Shown in pieces: positions 1-6,547 of a DNA stretch of 37,776 nucleotides. The number at the start of each line of letters is the position of its first letter. Position 1 is the stretch's first letter. Source of the stretch: a virus (taxonomy: Duplodnaviria > Caudoviricetes); IMG/VR virus record IMGVR_UViG_3300025889_000351, positions 1 to 37,776 of that record; one strand, written 5' to 3'. A program made the translations under genes and the position numbers. Under the pieces are notes generated by a model. The model was given only the letters and a program-made list of their open reading frames with translations. It was not told where the DNA came from and ran no database searches.

Positions 1-411
1 GAATGGCGGAGGCTGGCCGAGGAGAAGGTGCGGCGAGTTGCCGCACCCTCACCGGCATCGCAAGGAAAGAACCAAGGGAAACGCGAGGCCGCAAGACAGC
101 TTGGCGTTTCCGAGAGAGAGGTCCGCCGCGCCGCCAAAATCGCCAACCTCCCTGATGCCATCAAGGACCAGGGCCGCGCCGAGAACTGGTCTGCACGGCG
201 GTTGCTCAATGCTGCTCAGACCGATGAGCAAAAGGAGAAGAAGAAGGTGAAGAAGGCGGCGGACCAGCAAGTAGCCGAAACGGAGGTGGAGTATTTTGCC
301 GAATGGCTCCACCGACGGGTTGATCCTGGGGAGTTGCCAGCGCTGATCTCATGGCTGGAAGGATGTCCGCCAAAGGCTGTCATCAAAGCTCTGCGGAGGC
401 TTGCATCTTGA
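1..411 (+). CDS. 5'-truncated HTH protein, probably the C-terminal part of a phage ParB/Spo0J-like protein
   Basis: Frame open from base 1 (EWRRLAEEKVRR...); HTH-like REAARQLGVSEREVRRAAKIANL; TGA at 409-411 overlaps the polymerase start. Confidence 0.55.
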   Translation, partial: EWRRLAEEKVRRVAAPSPASQGKNQGKREAARQLGVSEREVRRAAKIANLPDAIKDQGRAENWSARRLLNAAQTDEQKEKKKVKKAADQQVAETEVEYFAEWLHRRVDPGELPALISWLEGCPPKAVIKALRRLAS

Positions 412-2198
412 AACCCACGACCATCCTCGACGTTGAGATATTCCGCAACTGGTTCGCAGTCGGGATGCTCGACGTCGGCGATGGTCGTGTGGACTTCCTC
501 GAGCTGCACGACGACCAACCGCTCGATGTCGATCGCCTGCGCTACGTGCTTGACAGGAACAGGCTGATCACCTTCAACGGAGATGGCTTCGACATCCCGA
601 TCATCCACTACGCCCTGGCCGGAGCGACAACCCAGCAGCTCCACGATGCCGCTGGCGCAGTGATCAACCAGAACCTGCGCGGATGGCAGCTTGCCGATCG
701 CCATGGGTTTAAGTTGGGGAAGCCCCGCGACCACGTTGATCTGATCGAGGTCGCGCCCGGCATGGCCAGCTTGAAGATATACGGTGGCCGCATGCACTCG
801 GCCCGGCTGCAGGATCTGCCGGTCGATCCGAACGACGAGGTCAGCCCGACCCAGCGCGTGGTGCTGAAGGCATACTGCGAGAACGATCTGCACACCACGC
901 GCGATCTATACGAGACGCTAAAGCCCCAGCTTGAGCTGCGCCGGGTGATGGGTCAGCAATACAAGATCGACCTCCGCTCAAAGAGCGACGCGCAGATCGC
1001 CGAGGCCGTGATCACGAGCGAGGTGACCGAGGCCGTGGGCACTGTGCTCCGGCCAGAGATCGCGCCGGGGACGGCTTACCGATACAAGGCGCCGGACTTC
1101 CTGCAGTTCAGCACTCTGCCCCTACAGGTGAAACTAGGCGAGATCCTGGACGCCGAGTTCGTCGTCAAGGACAACGGTGGCATCACCGAGCCCCCTGCCC
1201 TGGCGGGTCAGACGGTGACGATCGGCGCCGGCGTCTATCGCCTTGGTATCGGCGGGCTGCACTCCAGCGAGACGTGTCAGTCCGTGGTGGCCGACGAGGA
1301 GCATGTGCTCCTCGATCGTGACGTGGCCAGCTATTACCCCTCGATCATCCTGCGCCTGGGCCTTGAGCCTGCGCAGATGGCCGGCGGCTTTCTCAGAGTT
1401 TACCAGAGCATCGTCGACCGCCGCCTGAAGGCCAAGGCCGCCGGCGATAAGGTCGCAGCCGACACACTGAAGATCGTGGTGAACGGCAGTTTCGGAAAGC
1501 TCGGCAGCAAATGGTCCCGGCTATACAGCCCCGACCTCATGGTGCAGGTGACGGTGACCGGCCAGCTCTGCCTGCTGATGCTGATCGAGGCGCTCGAGGC
1601 CGAGGGCATCAGGGTCGTCAGCGCGAACACCGACGGCATCGTCATCCACTGCCACCGCGGCGACGTCGGAGAGATGGAGCGGATCGTCACTGACTGGGAG
1701 CAGCGCACCGGGTTCGTGACTGAGGAGACCAGTTACCGCGCGCTGTATAGCCGCGACGTCAACAACTACATCGCCATCAAGCCGGACGGCGGGGTCAAGG
1801 TAAAGGGCGCCTTCGCCCCGCCCGGCCTGATGAAAAACCCCAATTCCGAGATCAGCACCGAGGCCGCGATCCGGTGGCTGCGCGATCACACGCCGCTGGC
1901 GCAGACGATCCAGGGCTGCACCGACATCCGCAAGTTCGTCGTCGTCCGCCAGGTGAAGGGCGGCGCGATCGACCAGGACGAGAAGCCGATCGGCAAGGCG
2001 GTGCGGTGGTATTACTCGACCTCGGTCACCGGCCCGCTGCGCTACGCGGTGAACGGTTACACCGTGCCGAGATCCGAGGGCGCCCGCCCGCTGATGGAGT
2101 TGCCGGCGGAGATGCCGCCGGATGTCGATTTCGCTTGGTATGAGCAGGAGGCCGCCGATATTCTGGCCGCGGTTGGAGGGTTCAATGGACTGGTTTAG
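408..2198 (+). CDS. Family B-type DNA polymerase with 3'-5' exonuclease domain
   Basis: ExoI ILDVE, ExoII FNGDGFD, ExoIII YCENDL; polymerase motifs DVASYYPS, KIVVNGSFGK, SANTDG; TTG start at 408 with GGAGG at 395-399 preferred over the track start at 351. Confidence 0.9.
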   Translation: MKPTTILDVEIFRNWFAVGMLDVGDGRVDFLELHDDQPLDVDRLRYVLDRNRLITFNGDGFDIPIIHYALAGATTQQLHDAAGAVINQNLRGWQLADRHGFKLGKPRDHVDLIEVAPGMASLKIYGGRMHSARLQDLPVDPNDEVSPTQRVVLKAYCENDLHTTRDLYETLKPQLELRRVMGQQYKIDLRSKSDAQIAEAVITSEVTEAVGTVLRPEIAPGTAYRYKAPDFLQFSTLPLQVKLGEILDAEFVVKDNGGITEPPALAGQTVTIGAGVYRLGIGGLHSSETCQSVVADEEHVLLDRDVASYYPSIILRLGLEPAQMAGGFLRVYQSIVDRRLKAKAAGDKVAADTLKIVVNGSFGKLGSKWSRLYSPDLMVQVTVTGQLCLLMLIEALEAEGIRVVSANTDGIVIHCHRGDVGEMERIVTDWEQRTGFVTEETSYRALYSRDVNNYIAIKPDGGVKVKGAFAPPGLMKNPNSEISTEAAIRWLRDHTPLAQTIQGCTDIRKFVVVRQVKGGAIDQDEKPIGKAVRWYYSTSVTGPLRYAVNGYTVPRSEGARPLMELPAEMPPDVDFAWYEQEAADILAAVGGFNGLV

Positions 2199-2283
2199 TA
2201 AGTTCCTGCTGTTTCTCACCGTCGCCTGGGTTGGGATCATCATCATCGTAAAGCTGGCGTTCAATGCCCTCGCGCCAGAATGA
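2185..2283 (+). CDS. 32-aa single-TM peptide (MDWFSKFLLFLTVAWVGIIIIVKLAFNALAPE)
   Basis: GGAGG at 2175-2179, ATG 2185, TGA 2281-2283; fills the gap between polymerase and VRR-NUC; below the ORF track cutoff. Confidence 0.55.
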   Translation: MDWFSKFLLFLTVAWVGIIIIVKLAFNALAPE

Positions 2284-2560
2284 ACGCGACATCGAGTTCT
2301 ACCTCGTGCGTCGTGTGCTGAAAGCCGGCGGCGACACACGCAAAGTCCAGTGGATCGGTCGTGCCGGCGCGCCGGATCGTCTGGTCCTGCTGCCCGGCGG
2401 CATTGCCTGCTGGGTCGAGTTGAAGGCGTCCGGTAAGTTGCCCAGACCCGGACAGTTTCGCGAGCACCAGATGCTGCGCCGCCTCGGCCAGCGGGTGGAG
2501 GTGATCGACTCGATCGAGGGTGTGGACATGCTCATGGAGGCACTGCTAGATGTCGCGTAG
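2264..2560 (+). CDS. VRR-NUC domain nuclease (PD-(D/E)xK)
   Basis: ERDIE...GAPDRLVLLP...WVELK...Q motif; usual position between polymerase and SNF2 helicase. Confidence 0.9.
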   Translation: MPSRQNERDIEFYLVRRVLKAGGDTRKVQWIGRAGAPDRLVLLPGGIACWVELKASGKLPRPGQFREHQMLRRLGQRVEVIDSIEGVDMLMEALLDVA

Positions 2561-4022
2561 CGCCGGCCTCCTCCGTCGTTGCTTCCCTGCGGAGTCGGCC
2601 CTCACCCCTGGCCCTGGGGTCTTTCCTCCTCCAGCGAGGCCGGCGCGCTCTTACAAGCCCCGCCCCTTCGCGCCCCTTGCCATGGACCTGTTTGCTCGCC
2701 AAGAGCGGTGCGCGCTCTGGGCAAGGCCGGGGATGGGCAAGACAACCATGGCGCTGACCCACCTCGAGGTGCTGCACAACCTCTTAGGCGAGAGCGCGCC
2801 GACCCTGGTGCTGGCTCCCCTGCGCGTCGCCCGTGACGTCTGGCCAACCGAGGTGGGGAAATGGGACCACCTCTCTGGGCTCAAGGTCGTGCCGATCGTC
2901 GGCACCCTGGCCGAGCGTCGGGCGGCACTGCGGCAGGACGCGCCGATCTATACGACGAACTATGAGCAACTCCCCTGGCTGGTTGCCGAGCTCGGTCGAG
3001 ACTGGCCGTTCGGCACGGTGGTGGCGGACGAGAGCACGAAGCTGAAGTCCTTCCGCCTCCGCCAAGGCGGCCAGCGGGCCAGGGCACTGGGCACGGTGGC
3101 GCACACCAAGGTGGAGCGGTGGATCAACCTGACCGGCACGCCGGCGTCGAACGGTCTGGCGGACCTGTGGGGTCAGACGTGGTTCCTCGACGCCGGCGAG
3201 CGGCTGGGCCGGACGTTCTCGAGCTTCCAGCAGCGATGGTTCAGGCCGACCCGGCAGGGGCAATGGCACCAGTGGGTGCAGCTTCCGGGCGCGCAGGAGG
3301 ATATCCACAAGCGGCTGTCTGACATCTGCCTGACGCTCGACCCGCGCGACTGGTTCGACCTGCGCGAGCCGATCGTCAACGTGATCAACGTCGAGCTGCC
3401 GCCGAGCGCGCGAGCAAAGTATCGCGAGATGGAGCGCGAGCTGTTCACGCTGATCAATAGCCAAGAGGTCAGCGCGGTCAACGCCGCGGCGAGATCCGGG
3501 AAGTGTCTGCAGCTTGCCAACGGCGCGGCGTATACCGCCGAGGGGGGTGGCACCTGGGTCGAAGCTCACACCGAGAAGCTGGACGCGCTCGAGGAGCTGG
3601 TCGAGGCCACCGGAGATGACCCGCTGCTGGTGACTTACCTGTTCCGCTCCGACCTGGCTCGGCTGATGCGCCGGTTCCCCCACGCGCTGGACCTGGCGCA
3701 GGCTGACGATATGGCGAAGGCTAAGGCCGGCAAGGGTAAGGTGTGGCTCGGCCACCCTGCGTCGATGGGCCACGGCGTCGACGGGCTGCAAGAGCACTGC
3801 AACACGGTCGTTGTGTTCGCCCAGGACTGGAACCTCGAATACCACGACCAGGTGATCGAGCGCGTCGGGCCGATGCGCCAGATGCAGGCCGGCAAGGACC
3901 GCCCTGTGTTCATCCACTATATCGTGGCGCACAAGACGATCGACGAGCTGGTGATGCTCCGCCGCCAGGGGAAGCGCGACGTGCAGGAGCTCCTGATGGA
4001 ATACATGAAAGGGAAGACATGA
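2550..4022 (+). CDS. SNF2-family (SF2) helicase; exact start uncertain
   Basis: Walker A PGMGKT, motif Ia LVLAPLRV, Walker B VVADEST, LTGTP, HPASMGHGVDGLQ, QVIER. Confidence 0.92.
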   Translation: MSRSAGLLRRCFPAESALTPGPGVFPPPARPARSYKPRPFAPLAMDLFARQERCALWARPGMGKTTMALTHLEVLHNLLGESAPTLVLAPLRVARDVWPTEVGKWDHLSGLKVVPIVGTLAERRAALRQDAPIYTTNYEQLPWLVAELGRDWPFGTVVADESTKLKSFRLRQGGQRARALGTVAHTKVERWINLTGTPASNGLADLWGQTWFLDAGERLGRTFSSFQQRWFRPTRQGQWHQWVQLPGAQEDIHKRLSDICLTLDPRDWFDLREPIVNVINVELPPSARAKYREMERELFTLINSQEVSAVNAAARSGKCLQLANGAAYTAEGGGTWVEAHTEKLDALEELVEATGDDPLLVTYLFRSDLARLMRRFPHALDLAQADDMAKAKAGKGKVWLGHPASMGHGVDGLQEHCNTVVVFAQDWNLEYHDQVIERVGPMRQMQAGKDRPVFIHYIVAHKTIDELVMLRRQGKRDVQELLMEYMKGKT

Positions 4023-4288
4023 CGAACATCTCGAACATCCTGATCCAGCGGGGGACGACGTATGGTCCGTTCAGCGATCAGGCAGCTCTCACGCAGGACA
4101 TCAAGACGGTGATGAAGCAGCGCGCCGGCTGGACTCGGCTGACCGACAGCCAGCGGGAGGCGCTGGAACTGATCGCCAGCAAGATCGCGCGCGTGATTAA
4201 CGGCGATCCGAACTATCTCGATTCCTGGATCGACATCGCCGGATATGCCAGACTGATCGCCGACCAGATCGAACGGGGTGAGAGTTGA
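4019..4288 (+). CDS. DUF6378-like small helical phage protein
   Basis: RGTTYG...KIARVINGDPNYLDSWIDIAGYA; ATGA overlap with helicase stop, so start 4019 rather than 3743. Confidence 0.75.
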   Translation: MTNISNILIQRGTTYGPFSDQAALTQDIKTVMKQRAGWTRLTDSQREALELIASKIARVINGDPNYLDSWIDIAGYARLIADQIERGES

Positions 4289-4313
4289 GTTCTAGTGCAA
4301 TCTGCACTATGAT
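4285..4313 (+). promoter_or_regulatory. Sigma70-like promoter with palindromic operator in the spacer
   Basis: TTGAGT (4285-4290) N17 TATGAT (4308-4313); inverted repeat TAGTGCA-atc-TGCACTA at 4293-4309. Confidence 0.6.
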
Positions 4314-4332
4314 CTAACTTCTGCTAAAGAAA

Positions 4333-4388
4333 CGGCGAGCAGGTCGTCCCCCCTACCTGCTTGTCGGTCCTTACAAAAGTGTAAGGAC
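4333..4388 (+). other. Two adjacent stem-loops (structured leader or small RNA candidate)
   Basis: CGGCGAGCAGGT/ACCTGCTTGTCG 12-bp stem with two G-U pairs and loop CGTCCCCCCT; GTCCTTACA-AAAG-TGTAAGGAC perfect 9-bp stem. Confidence 0.5.
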
Positions 4389-4409
4389 ATACTATACATT
4401 ATGCGCACT
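4382..4409 (-). other. dif-like XerC/XerD recombination site (candidate attP) with degenerate XerD arm
   Basis: Minus strand AGTGCGCATAA-TGTATA-GTATGTCCTTA vs E. coli dif GGTGCGCATAA-TGTATA-TTATGTTAAAT: 21/28 identical, 16 contiguous; intergenic. Confidence 0.72.
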
Positions 4410-4426
4410 AAAGGGGGTGATTTTAG

Positions 4427-4440
4427 ATAGCGGTTGCTAT
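4427..4440. promoter_or_regulatory. Operator-like palindrome ATAGCGGTTGCTAT (copy 1)
   Basis: Near-identical copy ATAGCAGTTGCTA at 5347-5359; each copy follows a dif-like site and precedes a gene. Confidence 0.45.
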
Positions 4441-4458
4441 AGGGATTTTTGGCAGGAA

Positions 4459-5280
4459 ATGGACTTCACCTTGCACCTGGGGGATTGCTTGGAGCTGATG
4501 AAGACATTGCCGGACGGGTCGGTTGATCTGGTTCTGTGCGATCTGCCGTATGGGACGACCCAAAACAAATGGGATTCTGTGATTCCTCTGGGAAACTTGT
4601 GGACTGAGTATCGTCGCGTCTGCACCGGGGCAATCGTTCTTACGGCAGCGCAGCCGTTCACCAGCGCACTGGTCATGAGTAACCTGCAGATGTTCAAATA
4701 CGAGTGGGTGTGGTGTAAGAACAAGGCGTCGGGCCACCTGAACGCCAAAAAGCGTCCACTTCAAGCCCACGAAAGCATCCTTGTATTTGCGGAAGGCACC
4801 GCGCCATACACGCCCCAGAAGTCCGACGGGCACAGACCAGCCAATTACGCCAAGAGTATTAATCGGAGCAGTAACTACGGAGCGCATCGAGAAACTGTTC
4901 ACAAAGGCGGCAACACCGATCGATACCCGAACACGCTGCTGCCCGTATCGGTGGTGAACAACGACTCGCCTGAGCGGTGCCACCCAACCCAGAAGCCCGT
5001 CGCCCTGATGGAGTATCTAGTGCTCACCTACTCCAACGAAGGCGACACGGTCCTCGACAACACGATGGGCTCAGGCACCACCGGCGTGGCTGCTGTGAAA
5101 CATGGGAGACGCTTCATCGGCATGGAGAAAGATCCAGATTACTATCGGATCGCCCAGCAGCGGATCGAGAAAGCGTGGTTAGAGCGGGAACCTGCTAAAG
5201 CCCCCAGCAAGGAGAAAGTGCAACGTGTCCGTTTACATAATCCCAAGGCTACGAACTGGGTGCAGTGCGAATTGTTCTAG
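4459..5280 (+). CDS. Orphan N6-adenine/N4-cytosine DNA methyltransferase (beta-class motif order)
   Basis: GDCLE, catalytic DLPY (DPPY-type), HPTQKP, SAM-binding DNTMGSGTTG, FIGME; ATG 4459 with AGGA upstream. Confidence 0.92.
   Translation: MDFTLHLGDCLELMKTLPDGSVDLVLCDLPYGTTQNKWDSVIPLGNLWTEYRRVCTGAIVLTAAQPFTSALVMSNLQMFKYEWVWCKNKASGHLNAKKRPLQAHESILVFAEGTAPYTPQKSDGHRPANYAKSINRSSNYGAHRETVHKGGNTDRYPNTLLPVSVVNNDSPERCHPTQKPVALMEYLVLTYSNEGDTVLDNTMGSGTTGVAAVKHGRRFIGMEKDPDYYRIAQQRIEKAWLEREPAKAPSKEKVQRVRLHNPKATNWVQCELF
5230..5257 (-). other. Degenerate third dif-like sequence inside the MTase 3' end
   Basis: Plus strand CGTTTACATAA-TCCCAA-GGCTACGAACT; XerD-like arm 8/11 to ATTTAACATAA with correct 11-6-11 geometry, but core and XerC arm are poor. 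Confidence 0.3.
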
Positions 5281-5311
5281 CTAAATCAATGATGTGGAAC
5301 GGATCACCCCC

Positions 5312-5339
5312 CCCTGTCCGTTTATACATTATGCGCCCT
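5312..5339 (-). other. Second dif-like site (XerC arm plus core only), direct repeat of 4393-4406
   Basis: Minus strand AGGGCGCATAA-TGTATA-AACGGACAGGG; 14-bp TATACATTATGCGC identical at 4393-4406 and 5323-5336. Confidence 0.55.
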
Positions 5340-5368
5340 TGACTTTATAGCAGTTGCTAAAATAGTAT
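5339..5368 (+). promoter_or_regulatory. Sigma70-like promoter with operator palindrome (copy 2) in the spacer
   Basis: TTGACT (5339-5344) N18 TAGTAT (5363-5368), or extended -10 TGC-TAAAAT (5355-5363); TAGCA-gt-TGCTA at 5348-5359. Confidence 0.55.
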
Positions 5369-5391
5369 CGCGAACAGTAACGAGGAATCCC

Positions 5392-5934
5392 ATGCGCCGA
5401 CTGTCTCCCACATGGAAGCCCACCTGGACGTCTGAGCAGGATCGGGCGATCGTCGACTACCGCGACCAGGAGGGGTGCTCCTGGCCGGAGATTGGCCGGC
5501 GCATCGGTCGCAAGGAAAGCAGCATCGTTGCCCGCTACCGCGCGCTTACCGAGTCGGGCTTCAACCCCCACCGCCCTCTGGAAATACCGGCGGGCACCGA
5601 CCAGCGGATCGAGATGATGGTCCGTGCCGGCATGGCTGACGGCGAGATATCCATCCGCGTCGGCCTGCCGCACGGTGTTGTCAGCGCCCGGCGGAAGATG
5701 CTGCAGATATTCCGCACCCCGGCCCGGCGCGGCAACAAAGAGGTCAACCCGCAGCCAGCGGATCTCGGCGACATCGTCGGCCCGGTCCTCTGCGGGTTCG
5801 CGGAGGTCAAGGACTGGGTCGCCCAGCACGCGCCGCGCGCGAAGACCCTGGACGATGTCAACCAGGTCCGCCTGCGCCTGGGCCTACCGCCTTTTGCAAT
5901 CGAACGCCGTCACATGGAGGAAAGCCGTGTTTAA
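5392..5934 (+). CDS. Myb/SANT-like (GcrA-like) tandem-HTH DNA-binding protein
   Basis: WTSEQDRAI...GCSWPEIGRRIGRKESSIVARY fits the Myb repeat pattern; second HTH-like GMADGEISIRVGLPHGVVSARR; GAGG RBS. Confidence 0.65.
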   Translation: MRRLSPTWKPTWTSEQDRAIVDYRDQEGCSWPEIGRRIGRKESSIVARYRALTESGFNPHRPLEIPAGTDQRIEMMVRAGMADGEISIRVGLPHGVVSARRKMLQIFRTPARRGNKEVNPQPADLGDIVGPVLCGFAEVKDWVAQHAPRAKTLDDVNQVRLRLGLPPFAIERRHMEESRV

Positions 5935-6124
5935 CCCTGCTGATCTCGCCGAGGCGCGCATGCTGTTCGCGCGCCTGCAATCCCAGCTCACGCTGCTGTC
6001 GAGCCAGATCGACGGCTACACACTGGCCCTGGAGGATGCGGTCGTCTCCCTGACCGACGCCCAAGACCATCTCACCGCAGCCATCAATGAGGAGGAACGG
6101 TTCCATGAAGACCTTCGCGCTTGA
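5927..6124 (+). CDS. 65-aa coiled-coil hypothetical protein
   Basis: GTG 5927 with GGAGG at 5916-5920; heptad-like LQSQLTLLSSQIDGYTLALEDAVVSL. Confidence 0.6.
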   Translation: MFNPADLAEARMLFARLQSQLTLLSSQIDGYTLALEDAVVSLTDAQDHLTAAINEEERFHEDLRA

Positions 6125-6194
6125 CGTCCTGGCCGGCGCCCTGTGCGCCATCACCGCGATCCTGGTCGTGATCGCCTTTGCGGTCATCGGCTGA
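6105..6194 (+). CDS. 29-aa hydrophobic membrane peptide (MKTFALDVLAGALCAITAILVVIAFAVIG)
   Basis: GGAGG at 6091-6095, ATG 6105, TGA 6192-6194 overlapping the next ATG (TGATG). Confidence 0.6.
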   Translation: MKTFALDVLAGALCAITAILVVIAFAVIG

Positions 6195-6547
6195 TGCTCG
6201 AGACCCTGGCCCGCCCGCTGCGCGACCTGGAGGAGCTGATCGCCGCGATCGGCGCCCGCCAGGTCTGCCGCGAGCTCAACATCCACGACAAGACTCTTTA
6301 CCGCTGGCGCACCCGGCGATCCACCATGCCGGGTCGGCAGCACATCACAGTCAAGATGCTGCTGGGCGATCTGCCCGGCACCGCGGGCCAGTGGACCGGC
6401 TGGAAGTTCGTCGCCGGTAAACTGGTCTCACCAACCGGAGATCAGTTCCAACCCGGCGAGATCCTCGCCATCGGGCTCAACCACCAACGCATCGCCGCCC
6501 TCGAGCAAGAGGTCATCGCCCTGCGCGTCAAGCTGGAAGTCGCTTAG
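6194..6547 (+). CDS. HTH + DUF3653-like protein; candidate XafT-like Xer activation factor
   Basis: N-terminal HTH GARQVCRELNIHDKTLYRW; WTGWKFVAGKLVSPTGDQFQPGEI resembles the DUF3653 W-x-G-W-x-F-x-x-G-x-L-x-x-P-x-G pattern; C-terminal coiled coil; coupled ATG at 6194. Confidence 0.65.
   Translation: MLETLARPLRDLEELIAAIGARQVCRELNIHDKTLYRWRTRRSTMPGRQHITVKMLLGDLPGTAGQWTGWKFVAGKLVSPTGDQFQPGEILAIGLNHQRIAALEQEVIALRVKLEVA

Noticed and set aside
351-407. Longer track starts (351, 3743, 4417, 5624, 6143, 9287, 36220, 37717)
   Set aside because: Downstream starts have better RBS, stop/start overlaps or domain boundaries
4459-5280. Complete restriction-modification system
   Set aside because: No adjacent endonuclease; VRR-NUC belongs to the replication module
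4413-5311. Insertion sequence suggested by the 9-bp inverted repeats around the MTase
   Set aside because: No transposase, and the repeats are short and homopolymer-rich; kept only as a detail of the cassette finding
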